Source: Pristiophorus japonicus (Eukaryota). Taken from it: DNA of 64,000 nt. Positions 37,381-51,626 of this stretch are shown in pieces. The notes under the pieces were generated by a model. That model did not search any database and was not told the DNA's origin. It was given only the letters and a program-made list of their open reading frames with translations. The stretch covers positions 5,828,001 to 5,892,000 of the forward strand of contig NC_092008.1 of NCBI RefSeq assembly GCF_044704955.1, read 5' to 3'. Position numbers and translations under genes: made by a program. Within the stretch, counting starts at the first letter, position 1. The number at the start of each line of letters is the position of its first letter.

Positions 37381-37750
37381 GGAGAGCAGCGCCGGAGAGG
37401 CGAGCGTGGGGAGGCCTATAAAGGCCCACCGTCGGCGGGAGGCGGCATTCCGAGCAGCGTCGGAGAGGCGAGCGTGTGGAGGCCTATGAAGGCCAGCTAG
37501 TGCAGCTGCAGCAGGGTGAGATGGCAAAAAAGAAGTCGAAAGACATCGAAAGGTGACGTCACAGCCAAGGGGGTAAGTGTTTGGCTGGAAATTGGTAATA
37601 GATATTCTTGTTCCTTTCTTTACCAGAAATTAACCTATAACATTGTTGTTGCCAATTTAAGTTTATCTAAGGGTTAAATCATGGCAGAACAGCTCGGACA
37701 CGTGTCCTATGTGAAAAGTCAGGGATGCTTCCGATGTCCCTGACGACTAT
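37381..37750 (+). mobile_element. Host CR1 5' UTR and ORF1 start (unit B)
   Basis: Homologous to 6229-6505 joined to 10439-10535. Confidence 0.75.
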
Positions 37751-37780
37751 TTGACATCGATGTATATTGTAAACAGTTGT

Positions 37781-39351
37781 ACATAAGAACAAAAGAATAT
37801 AAGAATTAGGAACAGGAGTAGGCCATCCAGCCCCTAGAGCCTGCTCCGCCATTCAATAAGATCATGGCTGATCTGGCCGTGGACTCAGCTCCACTTACCC
37901 GCCCGCTTCCCGTAACCCTTAATTCCCTTTTTGGTTAAAAACCTATCTATCTGTGACTTGAATACATTCAACGAGCTAGCCTCGACTGCTTCCTTGGGCA
38001 GCGAATTCCACAGATTCGCAATCCTCTGGGAGAAGAAATTCCTTCTCAACTCGGTTTTAAATTGGCTTCACCATATTTTGAGGCTGTGCCCCCTAGTTCT
38101 AGTTTCCCTGACCAGTGGAAACAACCTCTCTGCCTCTATCTTGTCTATCCCTTTCATTATTTTAAATATTTCTCTAAGATCACCCCTCATCCTTCTGAAC
38201 TCTAACGAATAAAGACCCAGTCTACTCAACCTATCATCATAAGGTAACCCCCTCATCTCCGGAATCAGCCCAGTGAATCGTCTCTGTACCCCCTCCAAAG
38301 CCAGTATATCCTTCCTTAAGTACGGTGACCAAAACTGCACGCAGTACTCCTGGTACGGCCTTACCAGTACCCTATAAAATTGCTGCAGAACCTCCCTGCT
38401 TTTGTACTCCATCCCTCTCGCAATTAAGGCCAACATTCCATTCGCCTTCCTGATTACCTGCTGCAACTGCAAACTAACATTCTGGGTTTCATGCACAAGG
38501 ACTCCGAGGCCAGCGTGTTGTCATTTCTCCATATTCAAATAATATTCCCTTTTACTGTTTTTTTCTCCAAGGTGGATGACCTCACACTTTCGGACATTGT
38601 ATTCCATCTGCCAAACCTTAGCCCATTCGCTTAACCTATTCAAATCTCTTTGTAGCCTCTCTGTGTCCTCTACACAACCCGCTTTCCCACTAATCTTTGT
38701 GTCATCTGCAAATTTTGTTACTCTACACTCTGTCCCCTCTTCCAGGTCATCTATGTATATTGTAAACAGTTGTGGTACCAGCACCGATCCCTGTGGCACG
38801 TCACTAACCGCTGATTTCCAACCCAAAAAGGACCCATTTATCCCGACTCTCTGCTTTCTGTTCGCCAGCCAATTCTCTATCCATGCTAATACTTTTCCTC
38901 CGACTCCGCTTACCTCTATCTTCTGCAGTAAACTTTTGTGTGGCACCTTATCTAATGCCTTTTGGAAATCTAAATACACCACATCCATCGGTACACCTCT
39001 ATCCACCATGCTCGTCATATCCTCAAAGAATTCCAGTAAATTAGTTAAACATGATTTCCCCTTCATGAATCCATGCTTCGTCTGCCTGATTGCACTATTC
39101 CTATCCAGATGTTCCACTATTTCTTCCTTAATGATAGTTTGAAGCATTTTCCCCAATACAGATGTTAAACTAACCGGCCTATAGTTACCTGCCTTTTGTC
39201 TGCCCCCTTTTTTAAACAGAGGCGTTACATTAGCTGCTTTCCAATCCGCTGGTACCTCCCCAGAGTCCAGAGAATTTTGGTAGATTATAACGAATGCATC
39301 TGCTATAACTTCTGCCATTTCTTTTAATACCCTGGGATCCATTTGATCAGT
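37781..39351 (-). mobile_element. 5'-truncated CR1 LINE (RT + 3' end), antisense in host CR1
   Basis: 285-aa RT ORF at 38521-39378 (NYRPVSLTS, HGFMKGKSCLTNL, PQGSVL, FADDTK); (ATGTTCTT)-type tail at 37781-37806. Confidence 0.92.
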
Positions 39352-39358
39352 CCCATTC

Positions 39359-42300
39359 GAATGACGTGAATAGCACATTTAGTGAGTTGGTCTTACCGCA
39401 GGTAAAGGGTGCACAGCCAGATCCGGAATTGTTGACCAACAGGAAGAGCAGTGCAAGGAAGGAAGTGCAGGGGTCCCCTGCGGTCATCCCCCTGCAAAAC
39501 TGATACACCGCTTTGGGTACTGTTGACGGGGATGACTCATCAGGGGAGTGCAGCAGCAGCCAACTTCATGGCACCATGGGTGGCTCTGCTGCACAGGAGG
39601 GCAGGAAAAAGAGTGGGGGAGCTATAGTGATAGGGCATTCAATTGTAAGGGGAATAGATAGACGTTTCTGCAGCCGCAACCGAGACTGCAGGATGGTATG
39701 TTGCCTCCCTGGTGCATGGGTCAAGGAGGTCTCAGAGCGGGTGCAGGGCATTCTGAAAAGGGAGTGTGAACAGCCAGTTGTCGTGATGCATATAGGGACC
39801 AAATATATCGGTACAAAATGAGACGACGTTCTACAAGACGAATTTAGGCAGCTAGTATCTAAATTAAAAAGTATAACCTCAAAAGTAGTAATCTCAGGAT
39901 TGCTATCAGTGCCACGTGCTAGTCAGAGCGGGAATCGCAGGATAGCTCAGATGAATACGTGGCTTGAGGAGTGGTGCACAAGGGAGGGATTCAAATTCCT
40001 GGGACTTTGGAACCAGTTCTGGGGGAGGTGGGATCAATACAACCGGTCTGCACCTGGGTAGGGCCAGAACCAATGTCTTACGGGGAGTGTTTGCGAGTGC
40101 TCTTCGGGCGGAGTTACACTGATATGAGGGGGATGGGAACCTATGCAGGGAGACTGGGGGATGTAGAATGGGGGCAGAAGCAAAAGATAGAGAGAAGAAA
40201 AGTGAAAGTGGAGGGCAGAGAAACCTAAGGCAAAAAGCAAAAAGGGCCAAATTACAGCAACATTCTAAAGTGGCAAAGTATGTTAGAAAGACAAGCCTGA
40301 AGGCTCTGTGCCTCAATGCGAGGAGTATTCGGAATAAGGTGGAGAATTAACTGCGCAGATAGCAGTTAATGCGTATGATGTAATTGGCATCACGGAGACA
40401 TGGCTCCAGGGTGACAAAGGCTGGGAACTCAACATCCAGGGATATTCAACATTTAGGAAAGATGGACAGAAAGGAAAAGGAGGTTGAGTGGCAATGCTGG
40501 CTAAAGAGGATATCAATGCAATAGTAAGAAATGACATTAGCTTTGATGATGTGGATTCGGTATGGGTGGAGCGTATGGGGGGACAGCATCAAACAAGAAA
40601 TTAGGGATGCATGGAATAAAGGTACAGCAGTTATCATGGTTGACATTAATCTACATATTGGTTGGGCTAACTAAACTTGTAGCAATGCGGTGGAGGAGGG
40701 TTTATTGCAGTGTATTAGGGAGCTGGCCATCCTAGACTGGGTGATGTGTAATGAGAAAGGACTTATTAGCAATCTTGTTGTGCGAGGCCCCATGGGGAAG
40801 AGTGACCATAACATGGTCGAATTCTTTATTAAGATGTTGATTGACACCGTTAATTCAGAAACTACGGTCCTGAACTAAAGGAAAAGTAACTTCGATGGTT
40901 TCAGGCGTAAATTGGCGTGAATTGGCTAGAATAGACTGGCAAATGATACTTAGCGGGTTGACGGTGGATAGGCAATGGCAAACATTTAAAGATCACATGG
41001 ATGAACTTCAGCAATTGTACATCCCTGTCTGGAGTAAAAATAAAATGGAGAAGGTGGCTCAACCGTGGCTAACAAGGGAAATTTAGGATAGTGTTAAATC
41101 CAAGGAAGAGACATATAAATTAGCCAGGAAAAGCAACAAACCTGAGGACTGGAGACATTTAGAATTCAGCAGAGGAGGACAAAGGGTTTAATTAAGAGGG
41201 GGAAAATAGAGTACGAGAAGAAGCTTGCAGGGAACATGAAAACTGACTGCAAAAGCTTCTCTGGATATGTGAAGAGAAAAAGATTAGTGAAGACAAACGT
41301 ATGTCCCTTGCAGTCAAATTCAGGTACATTTATAATGGGGAACAATGAAATTGCAGACAAATTGAACAAATACTTTGGTTCTGTCTTCACGAAGGAAGAC
41401 ACAAATAACCTTCAGGAAGTACTAGCGGACCGAGTGTCTTGTGAAAAGGAGGAACTGAAGGATATCCGTATTCGGTAGGAAATTGTGTTAGGGAAATTGG
41501 TGGAATTGAAGGCCGATAAATCCCCAGGACCTGATAGTCTGCATCCCGGAGTACGTACGGAAGTGACCCTCGAAATAGTGGATGCATGGGTGATCATTTT
41601 CCAACAGTCTATCGACTCTGGATCAGTTCCTATGGACTGGAGGGTAGCTAATGTAACACCAATTTTTCAAAAGGGAGGCAGGGAGAAAGCGGGTGATTAT
41701 AGATCGTTTAGCCTGACATCAATGCGGAAAATGTTGCAATCAATTATTAAGGATGAAATAGCAGCGCATTTGGAAAGCAGTGACAGGATCGGTCCAAGTC
41801 AGCACGGATTTATGAAGGTCGAATCATGCTTGACTAATCTTCTGGAATTTCTTGAGGATGTAACCAATAAAGTGGACAAGGGAGAAATAGTGCATGTGGT
41901 GTATTTGGACTTTCAAAAGGCTTTTGACAAAGTCCCACACATGAGATTGGTGTGAAAAATCAAAGTACATAGTATTGGGGATAATATACTGACGTGGATA
42001 GAGAACTGGTTGGCAGACACGAAGCAGAGAGTCAGGATAAACGGGTGCTTTTCAGAATGGCAGGCAGTGACTCGTGGAGTGCCACGGGGCTCAGTGTTGG
42101 GACCTCAGCTCTTTACAATATACATCAATGATATGGATGAAGGAATTGAGTGCAATATCTCCAAGTTTGCAGATGGCACTAAACTGGGTGGCGATGTGAG
42201 CTGTGAGAGGGACGCTAGGTGGCTGCAAGGTGAATTAGACAGGTTAGGTGAGTGTGCAAATGCATGAAAGATGCAGTATAATGTGGATAAATGTGAAGTT

Positions 42301-43068
42301 ATCCACTTTGGGGGCAAAAACGCGAAGTCAGAATATTATCTGAATGGTGGCAGATTAGGAAAAGGGGAGTTGTGTCATAGTTCATCAGTCATCGAAATTT
42401 GGCACACAGGTACAGCAGGTGGTAAAGAAGTCAAAAGGTATGTTGGCCTTCATAGCTAGGGGATTTGAGTATAGGAGCAGGGAGGTCTTACTGCAGTTGT
42501 ACAGGGCCTTGGTGAGGCCTCACCTGGAATATTGTGTTCAGTTTTGGTTTCCTAATCTGAGGAAGGATGTTCTTGCTATTAAGGGACTGCAGTGAATGTT
42601 CACCAGACTGATTCCAGGGATGGCAACACTGATATATGAGGAGAGACTAGATCAACTGGTCCTTTATACATTGGCGTTGAGAAGGATGAGAGGGGATGTC
42701 ATAGAAACATACATGATTCTGACGGGACGGGACAGGTTAGATGCGGGACGAATGTTCCCGATGTTGGGGAAGTCCAGAACCAGGGGTCACAGTCTTCGGC
42801 TTAGGGGTAGGCCATTTAGGACTGAGATGAGGAGAAACTTCTTCACTCAGAGAGTTGTTAACCTGTGGAAATGCCCTGCTGCAGAGAGTTGTTGATGCCA
42901 GTTCACTGGATATATTAAAGAGGGAGTTACATACAGCTAAGGGGATCAAGCGGTATGGAGAGGAAGCAGGAAAGGGGTACTGAGGGAATGATCAGCCATG
43001 ATCTTATTGAATGAAGGACAGAATGGTCTACTCCTGCACCTATTTTCAATGTTTTCTATGTTTCTATG
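39359..43068 (+). mobile_element. Forward host CR1 LINE (unit B copy of 10626-14392)
   Basis: Esterase, EN and RT remnants; same 3' tail and same right flank (gacagattggagg). Confidence 0.9.
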
Positions 43069-44135
43069 TGACAGATTGGAGGAAATGATTTGGGCGAAAA
43101 CTTGGAAAAGAGTGATCATCATATGATAAGGTTTAAATTAATAGTGGAGAAAAGTAAGGAACAACCTCGAGCAGACATTTTTAATTGAAAGTGGGAAAAC
43201 TTCAATGGGAGGAGAGCGGATCCTGCCAAGGTAAAATGGAACAAATGATTGTTCAGATCATCTGTAACAGGACAATGGGTGATCTTTCAGGAGTAGATGT
43301 ATCAGGTACAGGCTACGGACATTCCAACACGAGGTAACGAAAAGTGAACCGAAACCACAGCTGCTTGTATGACGAGGGAGATAGAGAATATGATTCAACA
43401 AAAAAGAGGGTGTATGATGCATGTCAGGAGAATTCTTCAAGTGAGAATCAGCCCAAATGCCATAGGTTACGAGGGGAACTGAAGATACTATGAGAATAGA
43501 ATGACAGTTAACATAAAAGTGAACCCAATATCTTCGACCAGCAGGGAAATAATAACCGGGTAGTAAGCGATGGGATGAGGTTTATAAGAGCAAAGAAGGT
43601 GACATATGATTAGAGGTGCAGGGCAATGCTGGAATACTTAATGAGTATTTGTATTAGTGTTACCAAGGAAGAGGATGCTGGCAAAATATCGGCAGAGGCG
43701 CAGATTGTAGAAGCAATGCATGGGATGAAAATTGAAAGGTTTTCGAAACAATAATGAAGGAATACATTAACAATCACTTTGGAGAGATGTAAGTTAATTA
43801 AGGACAGCCAGTACTGATTTGTGAAAGGCAGATCGTGTTTGACTGAACAAATTGATTTTTTAAATTAAGTAGCAAAGAATGATGATGAAGGACATTCACT
43901 GGAGTTTGTCTGCATGGCTTTGAAGAAAGCTTTCGACAAAGTACCATATAAAAGGCTGGTTAACAAAATTGAGGCTCTTGGAATAAGAAGGCCTGTTTCA
44001 GCTTGGATAAGATATTGGCTTTAGGATAGAAAATGGCGAGTCATTCTAAATAGTCGTTTTTCAGACTGCGATCAACAGCCTGCTGGTCGCCATTGACAAG
44101 AGACTTACATGTTCCAGCCACGTATATAATGTGGC

Positions 44136-44685
44136 GACTGATCACCACACAGACCAGGATGGGCCCAGGAAACATCCCCGGTCTGTGTTGAGTTATATGA
44201 TCTCAACTGGTGATGTCTTGAGCGCCATAGCACAGGGCAGTCCGAGGCCTCATTCCCGCCTATGCTGAGATCGGTTATCTCACCCAGTGTGATTTTGGGA
44301 CCCTCAGAGAGAAGCAAAGGCCCAGGATACAAAACTGGCTTGTGGTGCATTAGCTGGTCTCACCCGGCAGGGCACTGAGCCACAAAGAGCAAGTTGGGCC
44401 CGGCTTCATTCCCGGCCAGTGGTACGTTAGATCATCTCAGGAGGTGTGCAAATGAAACAATACAACAGACGAAATGTCCAGGCTTCATTGCTGGCCTGTG
44501 CTGTGTCAGCAGATATCACACGGCGTGGTACTGAGCACCACACAGAGCAGTTTGAGCCCATGAATATTCCACGGTACGTGTTGTATTAGTTGACATCTGT
44601 TGGTGTGGTACGAAGCCAAAATCTACAGTAAACGCCCAGGTTTCATCTATGGTATATGCTGAACTCTCTGATCTCACCTACTGCC
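44136..44685 (+). repeat. ~79-bp SINE-head tandem array (unit B, ~7 units)
   Basis: Paralog of 16076-16625. Confidence 0.7.
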
Positions 44686-45009
44686 TGGGCATCAGCTGGG
44701 CAACTGTCAGATTCTCACTAGAAGTTCCAGGCTCTGTTCAGCGGCTGTCTGGGTTTGTGTTGTAGATCGCTGGGCTGTGCAAGATCTATTTGTGTGTGGG
44801 TCTGTATGTTATATTCGGCTCAGTATAGTTTAGCTCGAGGTTTGTGTTAGAGCAACCAGAGTCCATGAAGAAGCTGAAGGGTCATCGATCTGAAAAGTTC
44901 GGTCTGTTTCTTTCGAATGAGATACTGAGTACATGTACACCATTTTCCGTTTTTCGTTCAGATTTCCAGCATTTGCTTTATTTTGCTTTAATTTCTACGA
45001 ATAAGCTGT

Positions 45010-46290
45010 CAGGATCTGTACAGGAAATGCATGGCTCTGTGTAAATTCTACCTGGGTCTGTGCAAATGTTGCCCGGGTCGATGTTGCAGCGCACTTGCTG
45101 TGGATAGGAGCAATCTATGTTGCAGCTCGCTGTGTCAGGGCTGGAGCTGACTGCGTCGGTGCAAGTGTTGCCTGCGACTATGCAGCAGCTGATCCTTTCT
45201 GCGTAGGAGCGTCTGCTTCGCTGTGGAATGTCTTGGTCTGAGCTGGAGCTCACTGGGTCAGTGTGGGATCTTTCTGGATCTCTGTTGAAGCTTTGGATTC
45301 AGTGTCGTTGCTGTCGTTGTCTGTGAAGTGAGCTGTCTGGGTCTCCCAAAGAGGCTGTTCAGGAACATGTAGGAACTGCCTGGCCCTTTTTATAAACTGT
45401 CTGCGCTCGGGTTGGAACTGTTTATTTCAGTGTAGAACCACTTGGGACTGCATATATGCACCTTGGGTCATGCTAGGAGCTGTCTAGTTCTAACATGGAT
45501 CGAATGGATCTGTGTAGCAACTGACGGTGTCTGTGAAATAAGCTGCTTCCTTCCATGTAGGAGCTGTCTGTGGCTGTGTTGGAGCTGCATTGACCTGTGT
45601 AGGAGTTGTTTGTGGTTGCCTATGGGATGTTTGGTTCTGTGTAGGTGGTGCTGAGTCTGTGCAGAAGCAGTCTGTGACTGTCGGATCTTTAGGGGCCCGC
45701 AGAGGAGTGTTTGGGTCTGTGTAGTTGATCTCTGGGTCGGTGTCGGAAAAGTACCTGCCTGCATGGGAGTTCGTTGGCTCTGTGTAGGAGCGTCCTGGGT
45801 CTGTTGGATCTGAGTAGGAGCATTCTAATTGTGTGCAGCGACTGTCTGAGACTGCGTAGGAGCTGTTTGAGCCTCTGTAGTCGCAGTACCTTTTGGAGTT
45901 CTCTGGCTCTGTGTAAATGTTGTCTCAATCTGGGTAGGCTCAATCTGCCTCTGTGTAGGCAGAGTCTGGATCTGTGTCGGCACAGTCTGGGTCTGTGTTG
46001 GCAGAGTCTGGATCAGTGTATCGACAGTCTGGGTCTGTGTAGGCAGAGTCTAGGTCAGTGTAGACAAAGTTTGGGTCTGTGTAGGCAGAGTCTGGTTCAG
46101 TGTAGGCACAGTCTGGGTCTGTGTAGGAACTGCCTGTCTCTGTGTAGGCAGAGTCTGGGTCAGTTTGTCAAAGTCTGAGTCTGTGTGGGAACATTCTGGT
46201 TGTCTGAATCTGATTGTTTCCACCCTCCCTTGGTCTGTGTAGCAGTTGTCTGGCTCTACTCCGGAAATGCTTTGATCTTTATCGATTGGT
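45010..46290. repeat. ~21-bp CTGGGTCTGTGTAGGCAGAGT minisatellite (unit B)
   Basis: Paralog of 16970-18290. Confidence 0.85.
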
Positions 46291-46882
46291 ACACCTGTGT
46301 GCTTGGGCTAAGATTTGGTCAGTAATTACCGTCTCCCCGTCCGCTCCTGCACTGTACGGTTTTCATGTTTACATTTACCGACTGGGGAAGTTGGTGATCA
46401 GGGGAGTTGGAACATCAGTGAACCCGGGTGAGACAGGGGAACATCTGCCCGGCCCCGGCCCCTAATGTGAGGACGTGAGGCAGACATGATAGGGCCGATA
46501 TTGCTTGGGGCTATGAACTGACAGTAAACCCCTCTGATCCAAACAACACTGGCCACAGTCGCAGATTCCAAAGGTCACTTCCGGGGAGGCTGTTCCCTCA
46601 CATGCTGCCTCGATGTCTACTCAGTGCCGTTGCTGATAAACTGTCCAAATCTGAAGCCTCACACCAAACTAATCGACCAACTCTGCTGCTGCACTCGATG
46701 GGCACCTGGTGCTTCAATGCATTACTGTCCACAGTGCTCAATAACTGCCCGAGCGGCACTGTGCTGCACTTTAGCAGACAGGTAGACAAGGCAGTCAGGG
46801 CAGTCTCGGTCTCAATCGCTTTGTTTATCACGAATGGCCAACACATGGTTTGATTATGGATACATCTTGAGTGGGCTTGGTT

Positions 46883-46971
46883 CCAGCATTGGTTCAGAGG
46901 TAGGATTCTCACTTCCCGTTTATTGGCTGGAAAATGCGAGAGGCCCCGATTTCAAATCCCAGAGAAAGCGC
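46883..46971 (+). pseudogene. tRNA-Pro-like pseudogene with 16-nt insert (unit B copy)
   Basis: GGTAGGATTCTCACTT-CCCG-[tttattggctggaaaa]-TGCGAGAGGCCCCGATTTCAAATCCC. Confidence 0.55.
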
Positions 46972-49900
46972 TCCTTTCCCATCCATTTATGACAATTAAC
47001 TGCCTTTGCTTCTGAGAAACATAGAAATTTACAGCGCAGAAGGAGGCCATTCCGGCCCATCGTGTCCGCACCGGCCGAGAAAGAGCCACTCGGCCCTTCG
47101 TCAGCAGCCCTAAAAGTTACATACCAACCCATAAATAATGATAGAAAGAAAAAGAGCACCCAGCCAAACCAATCCGCCGCACACAACTCCGACACCCCTT
47201 ATGCTAAAAACACCTACACTCCACCCCAACCGAAGCCATGTGAGCTCCTGGGAGAGGTAAATAACAGATACATACCCAAGCCAATTTAGGGAGAAAACAT
47301 CTGGGAAAATTCCTCTCCAACCCATCCAGGCCATCGAAACTAGTCCAGGAGATCATCCTGGTCGTATTCTATTCCCTGCAGTGCTTACCATTATATCTGC
47401 TCCGTGCAACAAAGGTCATCCAGTCTAATCCCAATTACCAGCTCTCGGTCCGTAACCCTGCAGGTGAGGAAATAGTGTGAAAAGATGGTGAAGTTCCCAA
47501 GTAAAACTGCGTGAATCTGAAGCGCTGTGGGAAGACGGTCAGTGCAAATAATCCCCAGTAATGGCTCCTCAATAGCATACAATTTGTGTCAGCGAGTTTG
47601 GTTGGAATATGAATTCGATCATTAACGCAGTACACTTTCATCTTACTGAGGCAGATGCAGCACTTGCACGTTTTTGCGCAGTTCACGACCCCCCGATGTC
47701 CGAAAGCGCATTACAGCCAATGCTGCATTTTAGAAGTGTAGTCACTGTTGTATTGTAGGAAACGCGGCAGCCAATTTACGCACAACAAGCTCCCACACAC
47801 AGCATTATTCAATGACCACGTAATCTGTCCTTTGTTATGTTGATTGAGGGGTAAATATTGATCAGGGTGATTGGCGTCACAGTCTTATTCAGTTTGCAGA
47901 CAGTCATTCATATACATATGATGCAATTGGGGAGGGCAGACACCTTTCTCACACCTTCGCGTCCTGATCCCATGATCCTCACTCGTGAGGAAGCCCATTC
48001 TTCCCAATGTAATTGAGCTCTCCTGAACAACGGCAGCTTTAACCTCATTGCTCAATCCAGTTATTTCCTAAATCATGTCCAGGATTTCACCATCACCACT
48101 CTGCCTACAATCAACTCTAAGTGCTGATCATTCTCCTGATGTCAGTCCTCACGAGTTCACTGTGAATTTTGAGCATGCTCCACCTTGGTCTTTCTCCCAC
48201 AATGTAAGTTCAACTAATATTGCACAAAATATACTTTCTTGTATATCTCTGTAATGCCATGTTACGATGCCTACATTATAAACTGTCCAAGATATCGATT
48301 TGGACACCCTGCGGGTAGGGTTAAAATCGCTCCTCCCACCACGAATGTTCTGCAGGATCGGCGAGTGTTGGGTACTGGTGCTCCCTCCACTGGCCGCTGT
48401 GCAGTATTGCAACACCTTGTGCAGCTGCTCCCTCCTCTGGCTCCCTGAAGATAACAGGCCAGGAAGACAAGGTACTTCAGAAGGTCAATGGAATATTTGC
48501 CTTTGTTAGTCGAGGCATAGAACACAAGAGCAAGGACGTTATGCTCGAATATATAAAACACTGTTTAGGCCGCAGCTGCAATACTGTCTGCAGTTCTGGT
48601 CACCACAGTACAGGAATGATGTGATTGCACTGGAAAGGGTGCAGAGGAGATTGAGAAGAATATTTCCTGTACTGGAGAATTTTGGCCATGAGCGAAGGTT
48701 GGAGATGCTGGGTCTGTATCCTTTGTAACAGAGTAGACTCAGGGGAGACCTGATTGAGGTATATAAAATTATGAAGGGCCTGTATAGAGAGGATTGGAAT
48801 GACCTATTTCCCTTGACAGAACGGTGATCCAGTAGGGAGCATAGATTTAAAGTAACTGGGTGGAGATTTAGAGGAGATATGAGGGGAAATTACTTCAGCC
48901 ATAGGGTGGTAGCGCCTGGAAAGCACTGCCTGAAAGAATGCTAGAGGCAGAAATCATCACCACATTTTAAAAACACTTGGATGTGCATTTGAAGTGCCGT
49001 AACGTACAGGGCGAGGGACCAGAGTTAGATGGTGGTATTAGGCGAGATAGCTCTTGGTCAGCCGCTATGGAAACTATGTGCTGAAATAGCCTCCTTCTTG
49101 ATGTAAACTTCTCTGATTCTATGATTCTGTACAGTACTACACCATCTGCTACAGATGCTCCGTCCTTTGGCCACTGTCCAGTATTGCACCACTTGATACA
49201 GCTGCTCCCTCCTCTGGGTGCAATACAGTACTGCAACACCTGATACTGCTGCACCATCCTCTGGCCTCTGCGCAGTATTGCAGCACCTGCTCCTTCCAAC
49301 CTTTGGCGTCCTGGCAAATTTATACTGAAAATTCAGCCCGTTTGAACAGATCAACAATGTTGTAAATGAACTGTCTGCTTCTGTTGGAGAAACCAGTTGT
49401 TGTATTAGCATTACATCAGGTCAGAGAATTTCTGAAACTGTCGGGTGTACAAGAGATCCCTCCCGCGCAGGAGACATCCTCATCCTGTGTGTAAAATGCC
49501 CTGGGGTAGATCTCGAAACTGCTATCATGTGATAACAACACGATTTACACCTAACCCAGTCTCCACATCTTTTGAGCCACGACCACTTACTGAGGGAGGG
49601 TTAACTGGTTCGCTTTTGTTATCAGTGTCCATTTTTATAATAGATATTTTCTTGCTTCATTGAGCAAGTTGGTCCTTCAACGTCCATGTCAGCACGAATC
49701 GGACAAGGAAACTAATTAAAATGAACATAGCCCCAGTTTGGACGATAAATGCAGCATTAGGATTCAGAGGCAAATAGACAAGTGTAGCTGACGGTCGCAG
49801 TCTGCAACAGAGAGTGGCGGGTAGCTGCTAGATATTTGTGAGAGGCTGTGAGATTTGATTTTAAATTGGTTCAATGGCTTAATTGGTTAAAGTGCTTGTC

Positions 49901-49989
49901 GGGTAAGGAGCAGCTCCCGGACCCTATTCTCAGCGGGCGTGTGTTGAATTTATGTTGTTTCTGTTGTCTGCGAATTTCAGCAACAAATA

Positions 49990-51190
49990 ATAAACCAATG
50001 GTGGAGCGATTAAGCTCCGGGATACTCAAGAGACAAAATTAGAGAAGCGCAGATATCTTGTGGGGTTGTGGGGCTGGAGGAGATTACAGAGATAGGGAGG
50101 GGCGAGGCCACGGGGGGGATTTGGAACCATTTATTTGAATTTTAATATAGAGACATTGCTTAACCACGAGTCAATGTTGGTCAGCAAGCACAGGGGTGAA
50201 GGGTAATCGCGACTGGGTACTAGTTAGGAAATGGGTGGCAGAGTTTTGGATGACCTCAAATTTAAGGAGGATAGAACGTGGGCAGCCGGTAGGCATCGCA
50301 TTGGAATAGTCAAGTCTAGAGGTAAAAAAGGCACGGTTGAGGGTGTCAGCAGCAGCTGAGCCGAGGCAGCGGTGCAGTCAGATGTAAGTGGAAATAGGTG
50401 ATCTTGGTGAAAGAGTGGATGTGTAGTTGGAGGCTCATATTGGGGTCAAATGTGACACCAAAGTTGCTAACCGTCTATTTCAGCCTCAAAATGTTGGCAG
50501 GTAGAGAACTGGTCTGGATGGCTAGGAAACAGAGCTTGTTGCATGGACTGAAAACAATGGCTTCAATATTCACAATATGTAGTTGGAAAAATTGTTAGCT
50601 CATCCAGCACCGGATGTAGGACATCTGATCATTTGGAGACAGTGGAGGGTGGAGAGCGCTGGTGGTGATGTAAATCTGGGTGTCACCAGTGTACATGTGG
50701 AATCTGACGCTGTGTTTCCAGATGATGTCGCCAGGGTGCAGCAGGTTGATGAATAGAGGAGGGGGCCAAAGATTGCTCCTTGGTGGACACCAGAGTTAAT
50801 AGTGCCACAGCGGGATGAAAAGCTATTGCAGGCGATTCTGTGGCGACTAGACGTTAAATGAAAATCGAACGAGGGGATTGCAGTCACATCCAGCTGCATA
50901 GCGGTGGAGACGCGTTGGCGAAGGATGGAGTGTTCAACACGGCAACTCCCGCAGCTAAGTTGGGAAGGACGGCGCGGGAGAGTTTACCTTTTGTCACAGT
51001 CACACAGGACGTTATGTGTCACTGTTGCAAGAATCGTTTCGGGACAATGGCAGGTGCGCAAACCTGATTGGACGGATTTAACCTTTGAGTTCCAGGAAAG
51101 ATGGGCCGGGATTTGGGAGCCGACAACACTTTCAAGGGCTTTGGAGAGAAAAAGGAGGTTGGAGGTGTGGTGGTAGTTTGCACGGTGGAG
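49990..51190 (-). mobile_element. L2-clade LINE fragment (unit B; ~200 bp longer than the unit A copy)
   Basis: LLFLSKALESVV...QSGLRTCHCPETILATVTHNVL and GVHQGAIFGPLL remnants. Confidence 0.82.
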
Positions 51191-51522
51191 CAAATGCACA
51201 AAAAGGATGGAACTTATTCATTTTAACAAAGAGCATTCCTTGGAATGATAGCATCACTTGCGGGAAATGATAACTAGCGACGTTTGGTATTCATTGAATT
51301 TCACGATAAATCAACCGACGATTCATTTCACTGTTGGATATTTTATTCCCAGTGTGTAGAACAACCGTGGCAGGGAATCGAAGCTGAGAATACCATCAAT
51401 GAAATTATTATCCATTAGTGCATGGGGCTGCTGTGTTCTTGGTCAAGCAACTGAGCTTAAATATTCAAACACTGTGATTGTATCTGTTTCAGCTCTGTTA
51501 TCTGCGCGGTACAGTTACCCGC

Positions 51523-51595
51523 TGCTCCTGGGTCTCAGGGTCTGGTTGTTGCTTTGGACTTTTACTGACCTAAATGTGTGAGGCCCCGTGTTCCT
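51523..51595 (+). pseudogene. tRNA-Pro(UGG)-like pseudogene (unit B copy of 26911-26983)
   Basis: GCTTTGGA-[cttttactgacctaaa]-TGTGTGAGGCCCCGTGTTC. Confidence 0.45.
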
Positions 51596-51626
51596 ACCCC
51601 ATTCCCTGCGCTTCCACCTCGCCGGC

